From contig OZ024743.1 of NCBI GenBank assembly GCA_964016885.1, positions 309,132,001 to 309,196,000 on the forward strand: a stretch of 64,000 bases of DNA. Reading direction: 5' to 3'. A model generated the notes under the pieces. That model was not told the DNA's origin, searched no databases, and saw nothing but the letters and a program-made list of their open reading frames with translations. The position numbers were made by a program, and so were the translations under genes. Origin of the DNA: Eledone cirrhosa. Lineage: Eukaryota. Below, piece by piece: positions 44,231 through 58,367 of this stretch. Position 1 is the first letter of the stretch; the number at the start of each line of letters is the position of its first letter.

Positions 44231-44385
44231 ACACACATACACACACACACACATATATATATGACGTCTGAAATCACTCATCAGAATGAAAGTTTAATAT
44301 GGGCGTAAGATATGAAATTAAAAACAAGCTATTACAAGCTGAAATATATGTACGTGTATATGTGTATATGTGTATGTATATATAC

Positions 44386-44484
<99 letters not shown>

Positions 44485-44509
44485 TGTAATAAAGAAGATA
44501 AGATAATTA

Positions 44510-44582
44510 TTTCATTTACCAAAGGTTTCACGAAAAGAGACGAGCCTGGCACAGACGTCTACCTTCGATCATCAGAATGAAA
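44510..44582 (-). ncRNA. Type I hammerhead (family of 3745 and 59958)
   Basis: tttcatt CTGATGA tcgaagg..cttttcgt GAAAC CTTTG GTA aatgaaa. Confidence 0.8.
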
Positions 44583-44903
44583 TTTTATTTAAAATGGAAG
44601 TGAGATATGGATTTCAAAACAGAGTCTAGGACAATTGAAACCGAGGCTTAAATAAAATAACGGACATAATGTAAAGTGGAAAATAAAAAATGTATATTTA
44701 TATATACAAACACATATACAAGCACATACTCACGCATATACATATACTCACACAATCACACATACGTGTATGTGCGCCTACATGCAAATACAAACACACA
44801 TATTCATGCGTTCCTACACTCACACATGCGCACAAACACGCACACATGCAGAAAGACGTACCCATAAATATACACATATATACATACACACACATCTCCA
44901 TAC

Positions 44904-44937
<34 letters not shown>

Positions 44938-45084
44938 GGCAAGTAAGTATGTTTTGAAACAGTGAGCGAGTTTGAAATTAGAAAATATATAGCTTTCACC
45001 GTATTTTTGACTAAAGGAATTTTAGCTTGATAAAGGGGTTTAGAACCCTCAGATGAATGGAAAAAGATGAGTATTGACGTACAT

Positions 45085-45156
45085 GGGAGTCGAACCCACA
45101 TCTGTGGTTATCGCGACCACTGTGCTACCATTACACCAACACATCATCCATCTCTT
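45085..45156 (-). other. tRNA-like cloverleaf (SINE head or pseudo-tRNA) inside an inverted-repeat element 44937-45335
   Basis: GATGTGT TG GTGT-AATGGTA-GCAC A GTGGT-CGCGATA-ACCAC AGAT GTGGG-TTCGACT-CCCAT GTACGTC; wobble-rich acceptor stem and G33. Confidence 0.65.
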
Positions 45157-45335
45157 TCCATTCAAATTAGAAACTACATTCTTAGCGAGGGTTCTAAACC
45201 CCGTTATCAAGCTAAAATTCCTTTAGTCAAAAATACGGTGAAAGCTATATATTTTCTAATTTCAAACTCGCTCACTGTTTCAAAACATACTTACTTGCCA
45301 TTTAAACTCGCTAAGAATGTAGTTTCTAATTTGAA

Positions 45336-48300
45336 TTAGTGTCTGTCCTTAGGGCATCAACATACGTTAACCTTGGTCTTCCTCTTCTAGTGTGTCCATG
45401 TAGGGGCCCCCAAAGGAGCACTGAGTGCATTGTCAACTCTGGATGTCGGTGAGCATGTCCAGCTAACCCCAGTCTCCTCTGTGTCACTTTTGAGCTGACT
45501 TTTGGGATGCTCCCATACAGCTCTGAGTTGTTCATCCTCAGTGTATACTGATTAATGTTCAGAGCCATCCTCAGCAGTCTCGTGTAGCACCCATCCACCA
45601 TCTGAGTGAGTTTCTTGGTCAGTGTCCATGTCTCAGACCCATACAGCAGCACAGACTCCACTACAGCAATGAAGAGGCGGATTTTCAGGTCTCTACGAAG
45701 GTCCGACTTCCACACCGATCTCAAGCTGTGGCACGCCGCCCAGGCCTTGCTCTTCCTCTCAACCACACCATCTTCCGTATTCCCAATCTTTGCTCCCAAA
45801 TACAGGAAGTCCTCAACCAATTCCAGCGGCTTCCCGCCTACATTAGTGATCCCCTCTGGCTTCTCAACATTCTCTACCAGATATTTTGTTTTAGTCTCGT
45901 TCATTCTCAGCCCCACACTCATCGACAGAGTCTCAACCTCCCGCATCAAATCCTCTGCCTCCTTCACTGTGTTTGTCACCAAAACTATGTCGTCGGCAAA
46001 TTCAGCATCCGATACCTTTTTCGCCTTAACTCTCCTGCTCTGAGCCGGTGCTACAGTAAAGGCAGAGTCCTGGTGTTTCTCCAGTGCAAGGCGCATACAA
46101 TAGTCCACTACGATGATAAAAAGGTAGCGAGCCAATGTATCTCCCTGGAGCACTCCAGCCAGTATCTCAAAGAACTCTGTCATCCCATCAGGTGTAATGA
46201 CTTGGGCTTTGGTGTTGGTGTAGAGCAGTGATATCAGGTCCACTATCTTCTTGGGGATTCCATAAGCCTGTAAGATCTTCATCAGGCAGTGACGGTCCAC
46301 AGAATCAAAGGCCTTCCTAAAGTCAATGAAAACCATGACTGCAGGAAGGCACTTTCTAATATCCTCCTCAGCATCAGGATGTGACTGGTGGTTGATCTAC
46401 ACTCTCTGAAGCCGTTCTGGTTGTCCCTGAGCTTCTTCTCCATCTCAGGCTGGATCCTGTTAAGAATCATCCTGTTGAGGGTCTTTGCCACAAGTGACGT
46501 CAGTGAGATCCCCCTGAAGTTGTTGGTGTTAGAGAGATCTCCCTTCTTTGGCACTGAGACGATGTTACTGATCCTCCACTGATTCGGGGCAACTCCTTTC
46601 TCCAGTGCCCCGTTACAGAACCCCAGGATGATATCAAAATCACACGTCTTCATCACCTCTGATGCCACTCCATCTTCTCCATGAGCCTTGCCCTCCTTGA
46701 TCCTCTTCTTGGCACTCTGAAGCTCCTCTCTGGTGAAGGGCTCTGTCTCAACATCCAGTTCCTCAAACAGCTGCCTGATCTCCCCAATGCTCTGGGCTGT
46801 GGAGGGTGGCTCTCCTAGTAGGGTCCTAAAATGGTCTAGCCATTTCCTCTTCCTATCCTCGGGCCCCGTTCCCTGGATCTGACTCGAACACCTTCTCTTC
46901 CTCCCTGTGATCTCGCTGATGATCCTCCAGCTCTCCTTACATCCAGATCTGTCAATCGCTCTCTCCACACTTCTGATCTTCTCTATCAGTGCCTCCTCTC
47001 TGACCTCAGTGTAAGCGGTACAGAACTCTTCCCTCATCACCTCCACATTCTCCATCCTCTCCTCTGTAGGATCAGCATAGAATTGGTCCCTGGCAGCTTT
47101 CATGTGTTCTCTTGCTGCACACACTTTTGGGTTTGCAGAGCTGACGTGCTTACCTTTGTTCCTTTTCCTCGGTACCAGGGTTTCACTTGCTTCCGCCACT
47201 GCATTGGCGAAGTGCCCGTACCTCCTCGTCACACTCTCCTCACTCCACCCAATCTCTCTCTCCTCTGACTCTCCACACAGTGCACTAAACCAGTTTCTCA
47301 CTTCCACTGTGAACCTCTCCTGTAGCTTATCATCTTCCTTGAAAGCTCCCCAGTCATAGATTGCTCTCCGGGGCCGAGCCTTGCTCTTTCTTAAGCTCAC
47401 CCGGACCTCACTCATAACAAGTCGGTGGTCACCACCCAGTGTACTGAAATAGCTGTATGGTTCCGTGTTCAGAACACTATTCCGCCACTTTTTCCTCATC
47501 AGAATGAAATCAATCTGGGACTTGGACAGGTGCATATCTGAGATGTAGGTCCACATCTTCCCCAGATTCTTCCTAAACCTTAGGTTGGTCGCCATTAAGT
47601 TCGCCTCCAGCAGGGTGTCTCTCAGTAGTCTTCCATTTCGGTTGGTGTTGTTATGGAAGTACCAGCAAGGATCATCACTGCCCTCCTTACTCAGATGTGC
47701 ATTGAAGTCCCCCAAAACAAGCAGGATATTGTGTGCCTGAGTGGTGTTGACAGATCTACACACCTCCTCATGGAACTCTTCCGCACTCACATCACTGTCC
47801 CTCTCGGTTGGACTATAGGCTGAGATGACTGTCAGTCTTGGGTTTCCATTGAAGGTTACCCTCAACACTCGCGGGGAGATAGGCATTATTTCCCTCACCA
47901 ACAGATTGGTTTTTACACTGAACACAAAACCCACTCCTCCTACTGCAGCATTTGTTGTGTTCTTCACTGCCGATGTAGTGATGAGCTGGCTCTTCCTCCC
48001 GATCATCACACTCCTCACGGGCTCATCGTGTAGGATCCTGTGTTCTTGGATCGCAAGTATCTATATACCACTCTCCTCGAACAGATGTCCCAACTCCTCT
48101 CTCTTCTCCAGCGTCCGAATAGTCCTCACATTCGAAGTGCCCATTTTGATGGCTCTTCTGCAGGACAAAACTGCATTCTTTATATTTGTCTCAGAGACAG
48201 CTGATCCATCATCCACTGGCTCTCTCTGTGGCTCTAAGGCAGCAGAGTCATAACAGCCAGGCTGCTCCTTGACAGTGTAATTAGGGGCTCTAACCCTAGT

Positions 48301-48535
48301 GCTGTTAGATCGACTCTCCATATTTCTTTTCAATGGCTGACAATACCTTACCGGCGTCACTCGAATAAGGTAGTTATTTAACCCATAAATGGAGCCCTAA
48401 CAGGTACTACCACCCCGGGCCAGGGCAGACCTGGGAGTCATGACAACTAAGGGGTAACTTCACATTCCCCACATCTCCTGAACTCCCGAACTGGAGCCTT
48501 GCCACTGGATGTAATTTAATGTCATACCCAGGACA
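45336..48535 (-). mobile_element. Near-full-length RTE-clade LINE (APE + RT), few frameshifts
   Basis: GTSNVRT, GVGF, SAYSPT, GDFNA, QIDFI, GDH (APE); NFRGISL, QNGFR, FIDFRKAFDSV, GVLQGD, FADD, FLYLG, LLYGSETW, RGRP (RT); 5' leader tgtcctgggtatgac. Confidence 0.92.
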
Positions 48536-49510
48536 TATATATATAGAGAGATATCAAATATATATATATCAAATCATCCTAGAATTAATTATAATAATAA
48601 TAAACAATTTAACTTAAACACTAAACCAAACAAAAAAACTCGAACTAGAAATATTATTTGGTACTCTCCCCCATTCTCATTAAGCGTTAAAACACCTTTA
48701 GCAAAGCTATTCTTTAAAGCACTCTATAAATGTTTTCCTAAAGCCCACAGATACCACTCTATTTTTAACAGACACACTATAAAACTATCCTACTCTACTA
48801 CTATGAACATAGCACAAAATATAAATAGAATTAATAATAGAAACTTAAATTTAAACCCTAACCAAAATAACAATAATAATGTTTCTAACAACAATATTCA
48901 GAATAATAGTACCGTTCCGAACAACACCAACTCCAGAAAATGTAACTGTAGAATCAAATCAAACTGCCCTTTACAAAATAATTGTTTAGACAAAAACGTA
49001 GTTTATAAATGCACAGTTAAAACTAGAGACAAAATATTTAACTATATTGGTGCCACTTCAACAAAATTCAAAGAACGCTGGAATAACCATAAACACACAT
49101 TTAAGAGATCCGATAAAAAATCTTCTACTTCACTTTTACATCTAATTTGGAACTTAAAAAACAACAATATCGACTATTCAATATCTTGGAGAACGATTTC
49201 GAAAGCACCTGCATACCGAAATATGGCTTTCTCAAGATTCTGTAACTTGTGTATCGAAGAAATTTTTTATATAATTAACTGTCAAAACTCTATTAATCTT
49301 AGAACAGAATTATTTTCTTCTTGCAGACATCGCAAAAATTCCACGTTCAGAACTATTTTTAATTTATAATATTCCTATACACCTTCAAAATGATCCTATC
49401 TTCTTTAAAAATGTAAATTTAAAAATTTTTAAATATTTTTAATATTTTTAATATTTTTAATATTTCTATTTTTTTTTTATATTTCTAATATTTTTACATT
49501 TTGACATTAA

Positions 49511-49583
<73 letters not shown>

Positions 49584-50726
49584 AGGGCGGTGCCCCAGCA
49601 TGGCCTCAGCCGGATGGCTGAAACAGGTAAAAGGGTAAAAGAGTAATATATATATATATGCAAAAGTTCTATTTAAAATTGTTGGGATACAACAAGTAAA
49701 GATTTTTATAACTGATATAAAGCACTCGACAAATATTTGGAGTAGATATACGATATTAATAAATGGAAACTATATTTATAAAACCATATTTATTTCATTA
49801 TACATATTTCAGGGATATGTGTGTGTATATATCTATGTGGTGAGAGGTATGTTGCAGATGTGCATAATATTAAACACATGAATGGTAATCGTATATATGA
49901 GGACATGATTGTTAATCGTATATATTTGTATATATATACTGTGAAACTTTTATAACACAATGAGTGTATAGCAGTGATTAAGAGAAATTATTTACATTTT
50001 GTATGGCTATATTGTTGGCTTGAGTAAACATAATTTCTATTTTCAGGACGTGCGTATATATATGTATGTATATATACATATGTATTTGTATGTCTTTGCA
50101 TAAAATACTAATCTCTATACCAAGGGTACATTTTGAACTCAGATTTTGGTATATTGATCTCAAGTTTCTAAACTAAACATATGGTCATTATTGAACAATG
50201 TTTAATTTCTCATATTATATATCTATGTCCCATTCATGAATATTGATACTTATATTTATATTTTTATTATTCATTTCATATAAATTGTTAACTTAACTTA
50301 ATATGACATGACGTAAAGTTGTCACTGTCCCCCTCTCTCTTTATAGTATTTCTCTCTCTTGAGTTTCTCTTTCTGTATGATGACTTGATATCTCTCTGTT
50401 GCTTTCCTTTGTTTTTCTTATTCCTTTGTTTTTCTTATTCCTTTGTTTTTCTTATTCCTTCCTTTTCTTTCTTTTTTATTTCCTCCTATCTTTATCTATC
50501 TCTTTCTTTTCTCCATACTTTTCTCTCTCTCTCCGATATTTCTCCAGGTTTTCTTTCTCTTTTCTTTCTCTCTCTCTGTCTTTGTTCTTTTCTCTCCGTC
50601 TTTTTCTAATTGTGCTTAACACTATGACTTATTATATGAACAAATCAATATCAAGACAGCCTCCAAAAGTAATGGTTGTATTTTAAAGGGTACGTCAAAC
50701 CTATTTGTAAAACTGTTATATATTGT

Positions 50727-50789
50727 ATTTTGTCTGATGAAGGCATACCATAGTTTAATGTGGTATCCCTGAAATATGTATAATGAAAT
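50727..50789 (+). ncRNA. Type I hammerhead (AUA family)
   Basis: attttgt CTGATGA agg-catacca..tggtat-ccct GAAAT ATGT ATA atgaaat. Confidence 0.8.
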
Positions 50790-50844
50790 AAATATGGTTT
50801 TATAAATATAGTTTCCATTTATTAATATCGTATTATATATATAA

Positions 50845-50894
<50 letters not shown>

Positions 50895-51797
50895 TTTAAT
50901 ATTTTTAATTCTGACATTATTTTCCTAAATATATTTTTTTAGTTGTAGATTGATAATCTTTAATTGACATTTTGAAAATTTATCCTCTTTACGATAGCTC
51001 TTCGAAATAAACTTTCACACATCTTTCGACTAAAATAATTAATCTCACACGAAATAATATGTAATTTTCTTTATATATTTTCTGAGTTAATCACTCATCA
51101 AATTTAACGCTTAACAAACAAAATTGGAGTTATCTTTCCTTTCTCAATCGTGCAAATTTAGACATATTATAGAACTTCGCTAAATTAACAATATTCTGAA
51201 AACATTTTCAATGTTGAACAAAATATTCGAATCTACAAATTGTTCTCATCTCACAACTTGAAATACTTATTTTTTTAATGTAAAATACAAAATCAACATT
51301 ATTCGTAACTCATATTAGAAATATAAACAACTAATAATTAGAAATTATTTATATTTCTATAATACTAATATATGCACAATTATTAATCTATATAGATATT
51401 TATATACATATAACCTATTGTAATGTAACAAGATAAAAATACTTACAACCATAATTCTTCATATAATCTAATTGATTATATATATAATATAGGTAAATAA
51501 ATTTAAATTTAAACTCTGGAATCATATTCCACCTTTCCCCCAAATTAACGTAAATACAAGTTCTTCTTTATTTTTTCTTCTTTCCTACGCATACATACAC
51601 ATATCCTAATTATTTAAATTCTCCATAGCGTCTAAAATAACGTTTTCTCTGCCCTTTACCTCAACTTCATTTGCATACTCATCTTAATAATTTGAAATAT
51701 CTTACGTTTCTTCTCTTATCCCTTCACTATCCAAGGAAAACTTGAACCGTTAAGGTATTTTTCTTGGTTATGTCAAAATTTATAAAACACACTTCGT

Positions 51798-51856
51798 ATT
51801 TTATCTGATGAAAGCGTACCAAAATGTTGGTACACTTGAAATATATATAATAAATT
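51798..51856 (+). ncRNA. Type I hammerhead (AUA family)
   Basis: attttat CTGATGA aagcgtacca-aaatgt-tggtacactt GAAAT ATAT ATA ataaa. Confidence 0.8.
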
Positions 51857-52619
51857 AAATATGGTTTTATAAATATAGTTTCCATTTATTTAATATCATT
51901 GTATATATATATATACACCCACCGCCTTCATTCCGTCCACCTCTCTTAACCCTTTCTTATCTCACCACACAGATCGCTTTATAAACACATACCTTTTACC
52001 AGGACCATTATATTATACACAATTTCTTTCCCACCTGTTTATTTTATTTTATTTTATTCATACCCTCCCCCATTTCCTATCACACTTTTAACACAAACAC
52101 ACCCAAGATACACGAAAATTTCATGTTATTAAAGAATAATGCTAATGTTAAAATCTAAGGAGAATAAAATTTTACTATAAATATCAATCTTATTTAAAAT
52201 CTAAGGAATATAGATCTATAAAAAGAAATTAAATTAATTTAATTGATAGGTATATTTATAGGGATACATTTATATTAATTCATATAGATATAATAAATAA
52301 GAGTTAGATGTTATTAAAGAATGTTGTTAAAAACGAAGAAAAACATTTTTTTTTTGGGGGGGGGATAAATGTAATAGTGAGAAATAACAAACTTATATAG
52401 ATTATAAGGAATTTAGATACATAACAGGAAATTAGAATAGTTTATATGTATACTTATTGGTATAAATTTTAGGAAAAGATAGCTGTAAAAGGGAAATAAA
52501 ATTATGCAGTTCTTAGTAGTAGAATATTAATTATAGGTTAACTAATTTAAAATAATTAATTATAATAATTTGTAAAATATAAGTGTATATTAATTAGGTT
52601 TATAATATTTAAAAGTTTT

Positions 52620-55140
52620 TTCTAATTCTATGATTGCATGATATAATTAATTCTTGTCGCTTATTTAATAGGATATCCTTAGATTTCATTATTTCAAAAA
52701 GTTCCTGGGAACATAATCTACATTCATATCTATTATTTTGATAAGGGGTGGCCCTTTTGAGTACACTCCAGGTCAAGTTATAATCGATATTCTTTTTTCT
52801 ATAATTATTAATTATTTCAGCTAAGGATGTTGTATTAGCTAATGCGGCATTTTTAAAACTGTGTTTGTGGGTATTAAATCTTACTTTAAATTGGTTAGAA
52901 GTAGCTCCTATATATGAATAAATTGAGTCCTTAGTGCTAATTTTACATTTATATACTATGTTATTAATAAGGCAATTTCCTTTTAATGGGCAATTTCCTT
53001 TTAATGGGCAATTTACTTTGTTAGTTACAACCTTTCGTGAATGTTATATCAGGGGAGTTAGTCAAATTAGGTGTGGAATTTTCTCGACTTGTTGTATGTG
53101 AATGAGATGGTGGTTTGCTGTGGTTTATTTTAGTATTATGGTTAGTTTGATGTGTTGGTGGTATATTCATGTTTTTTTTTACATTTATATGCATTGTAGG
53201 CACTTATATTTTGTTGTATATTTTTGGTTGTTGAGTAGGAGAATTTGACCGTTGATCTATTTAAAATTTGATGGTATTTATGGTTTGGCGGGAAGTTTTT
53301 CTCTAGGATAGTAAACATTTTTTTAGCTATATTATCTTTAATTTGTAGATTAAATGGACCATTATACCAAGTAACTCGTCTATTACGGTTTCGATGTTGT
53401 TTTTTTTTATTATTATACGATGTATCCTGATGTTTACTAAGAATTAGTATTAGTGATTTTATTACACATATTTTTAGTTAGATCCACTGATTTAGGTGTT
53501 TTAGCCTGATTATTAGGAATTTTGTTAGTAATGTTATTAACATATATTGGAATATTAGGATGAATGGGTTTTTGAAAGTTATTATATTGTATATTAGAAG
53601 AGGTAGAGAAATTAAGTTTTAAGTTGGTATTTTGGGGTATAGTGTGAGTGGCATTTAGGTGTGTGTATTTCATTTGGTGTTTGTTGGTAATATTGGGTTG
53701 TATATTTGTAGTATTATTGGTATAAGGTATATATACTAATTTGTTTTTGTGGCTGCTTCTAGCTAAAGCTTCGTTATAAAAGGTCGCATTTTTATCAAAT
53801 ACATCCTGGTTAGACGAAAAGTTAGAAATTCTGAGTGAGATATTATATGCTAGGTTTTTAAGGATAGATTTAGGGTGATTAGATTTTGAGTGTATGTAAT
53901 GTAAGTTTTGGTTAGGTTTATGGTAAGGTTGGTAGATACCCGTAGATAAGTCTAAAATTATATCAAGGAAATTAACTACTTTACTTGTGTTTTCAAATGT
54001 AATAGTGAGACTATAATAGTCTTTGAGGAAAGTTGTAATAAGTTTTTTGTTTTTCAATTTCTGATAGGCTAAGGTTAGTGGAAAGAAGAAGACAGTCATC
54101 ACGATATAAACCACCTTTAAGGTGAGGGAAAAGAAGCATTTATGTTAAATAGAAGAAAGATCGGTAATTTGGGCAGAATCGCTACAGCCCATAGTAATGT
54201 CGAATAGATTACTATATGTATTTCTGGTCCAGTATTCCTTCTGAAATTCCAGTAGTGTTTGTCTAGTGTGCGTGATAATAGTAATGTCATCCATAGTTAA
54301 GTTTGATCTATTTTTGGCAAATATCAAGGCTTTGTTCAGGAGTATGGGTGATATACATGGATAATAAGCATCTATATCGAATTGTAGAAATGAAGCAAAT
54401 GATTTATCACTAATACTAGTAAACCAGTTAATTACCTGGGATGTGTTTTCCCAGAGTGGTAAATTAACATGTTTTCTTAATTGTGGGATGACTCTATCTA
54501 AAAATCTTTTACTAATGATGCCAATGTCAGATTTGGAAGGGCATATAAGTCTTATAGAAGGATTAGAGTTAAAATTAGATTTGTGATCTTTCAGGTTAAA
54601 ATGTGGTTTTTTCAGTGCCAAAGGTTCAGTTCTAGCTTCAATATTGAGTTTACTTACTATGTTGTGTGTTTTGTTGTTGATATTGGTAAGTGCCGCATTA
54701 TTTTTTTTTTTTATAATTATTCCTGAGTTCTTTATAAATGAACTCATTGTAATTATCAATATCCATGTGGTACAGATTTCCAGTTTTGTCAGAGTGGACA
54801 TGGATTTTGTTAGATTCTTTTAGTTCCAATAGGGTAGAATCAAGATCCTTTTGAAAATTAGATTTATATTTCTCAAATTTGAGGTGTTTGATTAAGTTAA
54901 AAAGGTCTTTCTCGAAGTTTTCAAGCAAGGAGTTGTGTGGTGGGTTCTTATATGTAGTAAAATCATATAAATATTTTTTATCTGTACATTTTGTTTTTTT
55001 ATCAAAATGGTAGGCCCTCCATCTGACCCTTTTGATGAATTGGTTGGTTTTTCGTATCATAAGAAGTAAGAATTCATCCTTAGAGGGTATTGGTATATTC
55101 TTTAAAGAAGTTCCCAAGTATTATTTTTCCATTGTGATAA
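52620..55140 (-). mobile_element. Full-ORF-span decayed Penelope-like element
   Basis: N-terminus SLKNIPIPS..RVRWRA, RT FDIDAYYP, MG, YRDD, NFLDI; GIY-YIG (VYKC..YIGATSN) at ~52620-53030; frameshifted. Confidence 0.88.
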
Positions 55141-55160
55141 GGATAATGGACAAGAAAAAG

Positions 55161-55228
<68 letters not shown>

Positions 55229-55296
55229 GTGAGTATTTTTTCACAAAATGAAAAATAACCGAGGTGTCCTACACGAGTGAAAGTATAAAGAAAAAA

Positions 55297-55842
<546 letters not shown>

Positions 55843-56208
55843 AAAATCGATACATTATATTCGATTTCGTCACATAGGGTGGGTCAATTTGAAATTTTTT
55901 TTCCGATGTCTTCGCTAGGGCTCAATGTACAAGTATAGCAATTTCGGTGCAATTCCGTGAGAGATTCTAAGAGGAGATGTGTGCCAAAAATCGATAGACA
56001 GACAGACAACCACAGTTTTATATATATAGATATAGTAATAATAATAAATTTGAAGACTAAAATCCATAGAGGGCTCGTATTATATTTGTTTTTTCCCGTT
56101 CTTTGCCAGGGAACGTTTCCACGAACCAAAGTATCGTCTTCCTGTTTTCCTCCGGTTGCAACGTTATTTTTGAAATATTCACTTCTGCGTTCACAGATTG
56201 ACTTTGTT

Positions 56209-56259
56209 AGTTTCAGAAGATCCTGTTAAGGGTGAAAGCAGCGATTCTTTGCTTAAACT
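56209..56259 (+). ncRNA. Variant hammerhead (U4A, CAGAAGA)
   Basis: agttt CAGAAGA tcct-gtta-agggt GAAAG CA-gcgattctt-TG CTT aaact, AATAAA downstream. Confidence 0.6.
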
Positions 56260-56747
56260 TTAATTTGTTATTTTAATAAATAAATATATATATATATATA
56301 TATATAGTAGTGGAACACTGGAAGGTAATATCCGTAGTGGTAGAACACTCAGTCCAAGGGACGAGTTAGGTAGAAGTAGTTACACAACAGTTAGTTCACC
56401 ATACCGAGAACAATTGTTTCACCTTAGCGGTTGTCCTTCCTGTTCCGGATAACGATGTCCCTTACGAGGTGAAAATCAGCTAAGGTGAAACAAATGTTCT
56501 CGGCATGGTGAACTAACTGTACGTCTGTATACATATATGTATGTACGTATACATACATACTTACATTTAAGTAAGTGCCGTACTAAGAGTGAGAAATGAA
56601 ATTTCGTTTTCATTTTATTTCAACTTATCGTTTTCGGTATGCCTGACCGACGTAACTCACTCGATATGCAAATTAGGCTGCTCAGCCGTTAATTTTCATA
56701 AGGAAAGTATATACTTTCGAACGTTCAACTATCTGGCAGAAGGGTAT

Positions 56748-56790
56748 ACGGTGCTGATGATAGCTAACAAGCTTGAAACTAGTACATCGT
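56748..56790 (+). ncRNA. Minimal type I hammerhead (427-bp family)
   Basis: acggtg CTGATGA tagct-aaca-agctt GAAAC TA GTA catcgt. Confidence 0.88.
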
Positions 56791-56940
56791 TTCTGTGTCA
56801 GTGTTGAACAAAAAGGTGACGTGGTTGCCTTAACACCGTACGGCATAAATTCAGGCTGTTAAGTTTGTTTACAAACGAACAAAGCGGCGTTATAATAAGC
56901 GTCCGCTAAACTGATACGTGCATATATGTATGTGTACCTG

Positions 56941-57010
<70 letters not shown>

Positions 57011-57221
57011 TGCTACTGTACGTCTGTATACATATATGTATGTACGTATACATACATACCTATATATATATATATATATATATTATTATTGTTGTTATTG
57101 TCATTATTGTTATTGTTGTTATTATTATTAGTATTCATTGTTATTATTATGGGTTTTTTTCTCGTGCAATCGCCATACTCGATAACGTTGGTTCAGCCAT
57201 TATATGTTTATATATGTGTGT

Positions 57222-57333
<112 letters not shown>

Positions 57334-57470
57334 TATATATATATGCATATTGAGGTGTCGGTAAACAACTAACATATACTCAATATATATATATATATAT
57401 AATCAAGGTTTAGCAAATAAGAAAAAGTTTTAAAATAAATTTTAAAAAATTCACTGTACCTGCTATGTTT

Positions 57471-57556
57471 ACCTTTACCGTACGGTTTCGACGCTCAAAA
57501 ATAAATGGATAGTCCTTGCGGGCCTCCATTGAAAAGAAAAACTCTCGTCAGAAGGT
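57471..57556 (-). ncRNA. Type I hammerhead with enlarged stem II
   Basis: acctt CTGACGA ga...tc GAAAC CGTACG GTA aaggt. Confidence 0.8.
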
Positions 57557-57868
57557 TATTTTCACTCGGAGAATATAAAATTCCCGAGTTCGAATTACGA
57601 ACTGGCGCTATTTAAAATTGTTCCCGAGATGAGAATGAATAATGTGGAAGCAATTCTGCCCAGTGCCGTGTGCAAAGATAGAAGGCCTGAGGCGGAGAGG
57701 TCAATCTACTACCACTATAAATAGCAGCAGTCAAAACGAACAAAATGTTATCTCTTTTATATATATATGTTTCTCGACCGTTATATTGCGTGACTATCTC
57801 CCCCTCCGCCTTTTGGGATTCTTTCTCAAGTCGTGTAGACGCGTTCTTGAGACTAGTAAAATGAGGTA

Positions 57869-57958
57869 TCCTCTTGATAAGTCGGCAGACCTCGCAGGGA
57901 CTCTATATCTTTATGATGTATTGTTTTTGTTTATGCCACGAAACTACGTAGTCGAGGA
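57869..57958 (+). ncRNA. Type I hammerhead with U3:A8 core (UUGAUAA)
   Basis: tcctc TTGATAA gt-cggca...tgcc-ac GAAAC TACGTA GTC gagga. Confidence 0.82.
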
Positions 57959-58367
57959 ATCTAGGAGCAGTTTAGGTATGATACATTTTATTACTAATTA
58001 TATCTAAATGTTTCTTCTCTCTTCATAATGTAATTTAACTCTGATACTGGTTCAGTCTAGTTCAACCGGATTGGTCTGTCCCAGTCATTCATTGAGCAAC
58101 ATCGGTGAGGTTGGCACCCTTAACTCACGGTTGGGTGTGGATGCATTCATGTATATGTGTGTGTCCGCATGTATCTGTGTGTTTCTAAATATATTATATA
58201 TATATATATGGAGATGTGTGTATATGTATATATATATGTGTATATTTATGGGTACGTCTTTCTGCATGTGTGTGTGCGTGTGTGCGCATCTGTGAGTGTA
58301 GGAACGCATGTATATGTGTGTGTTTGTATTTGCATGTAGGCGCACATATACATATGTGTGATTGTGT

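Larger units (their letters stand above)
48560..51900 (+). mobile_element. Penelope-like 3' fragment: GIY-YIG ORF plus long AT-rich tail with HHR, with nested insertions
   Basis: ORF 48803-49369 CNCR..CPL..VVYKC..YIGAT..CNLC; HHRs 50727-50789 and 51798-51856. Confidence 0.75.

Noticed and set aside
45085-45156. Functional tRNA-Ser(CGA) gene
   Set aside because: G33, three G-U pairs in the acceptor stem and no long variable arm; treated as tRNA-like only
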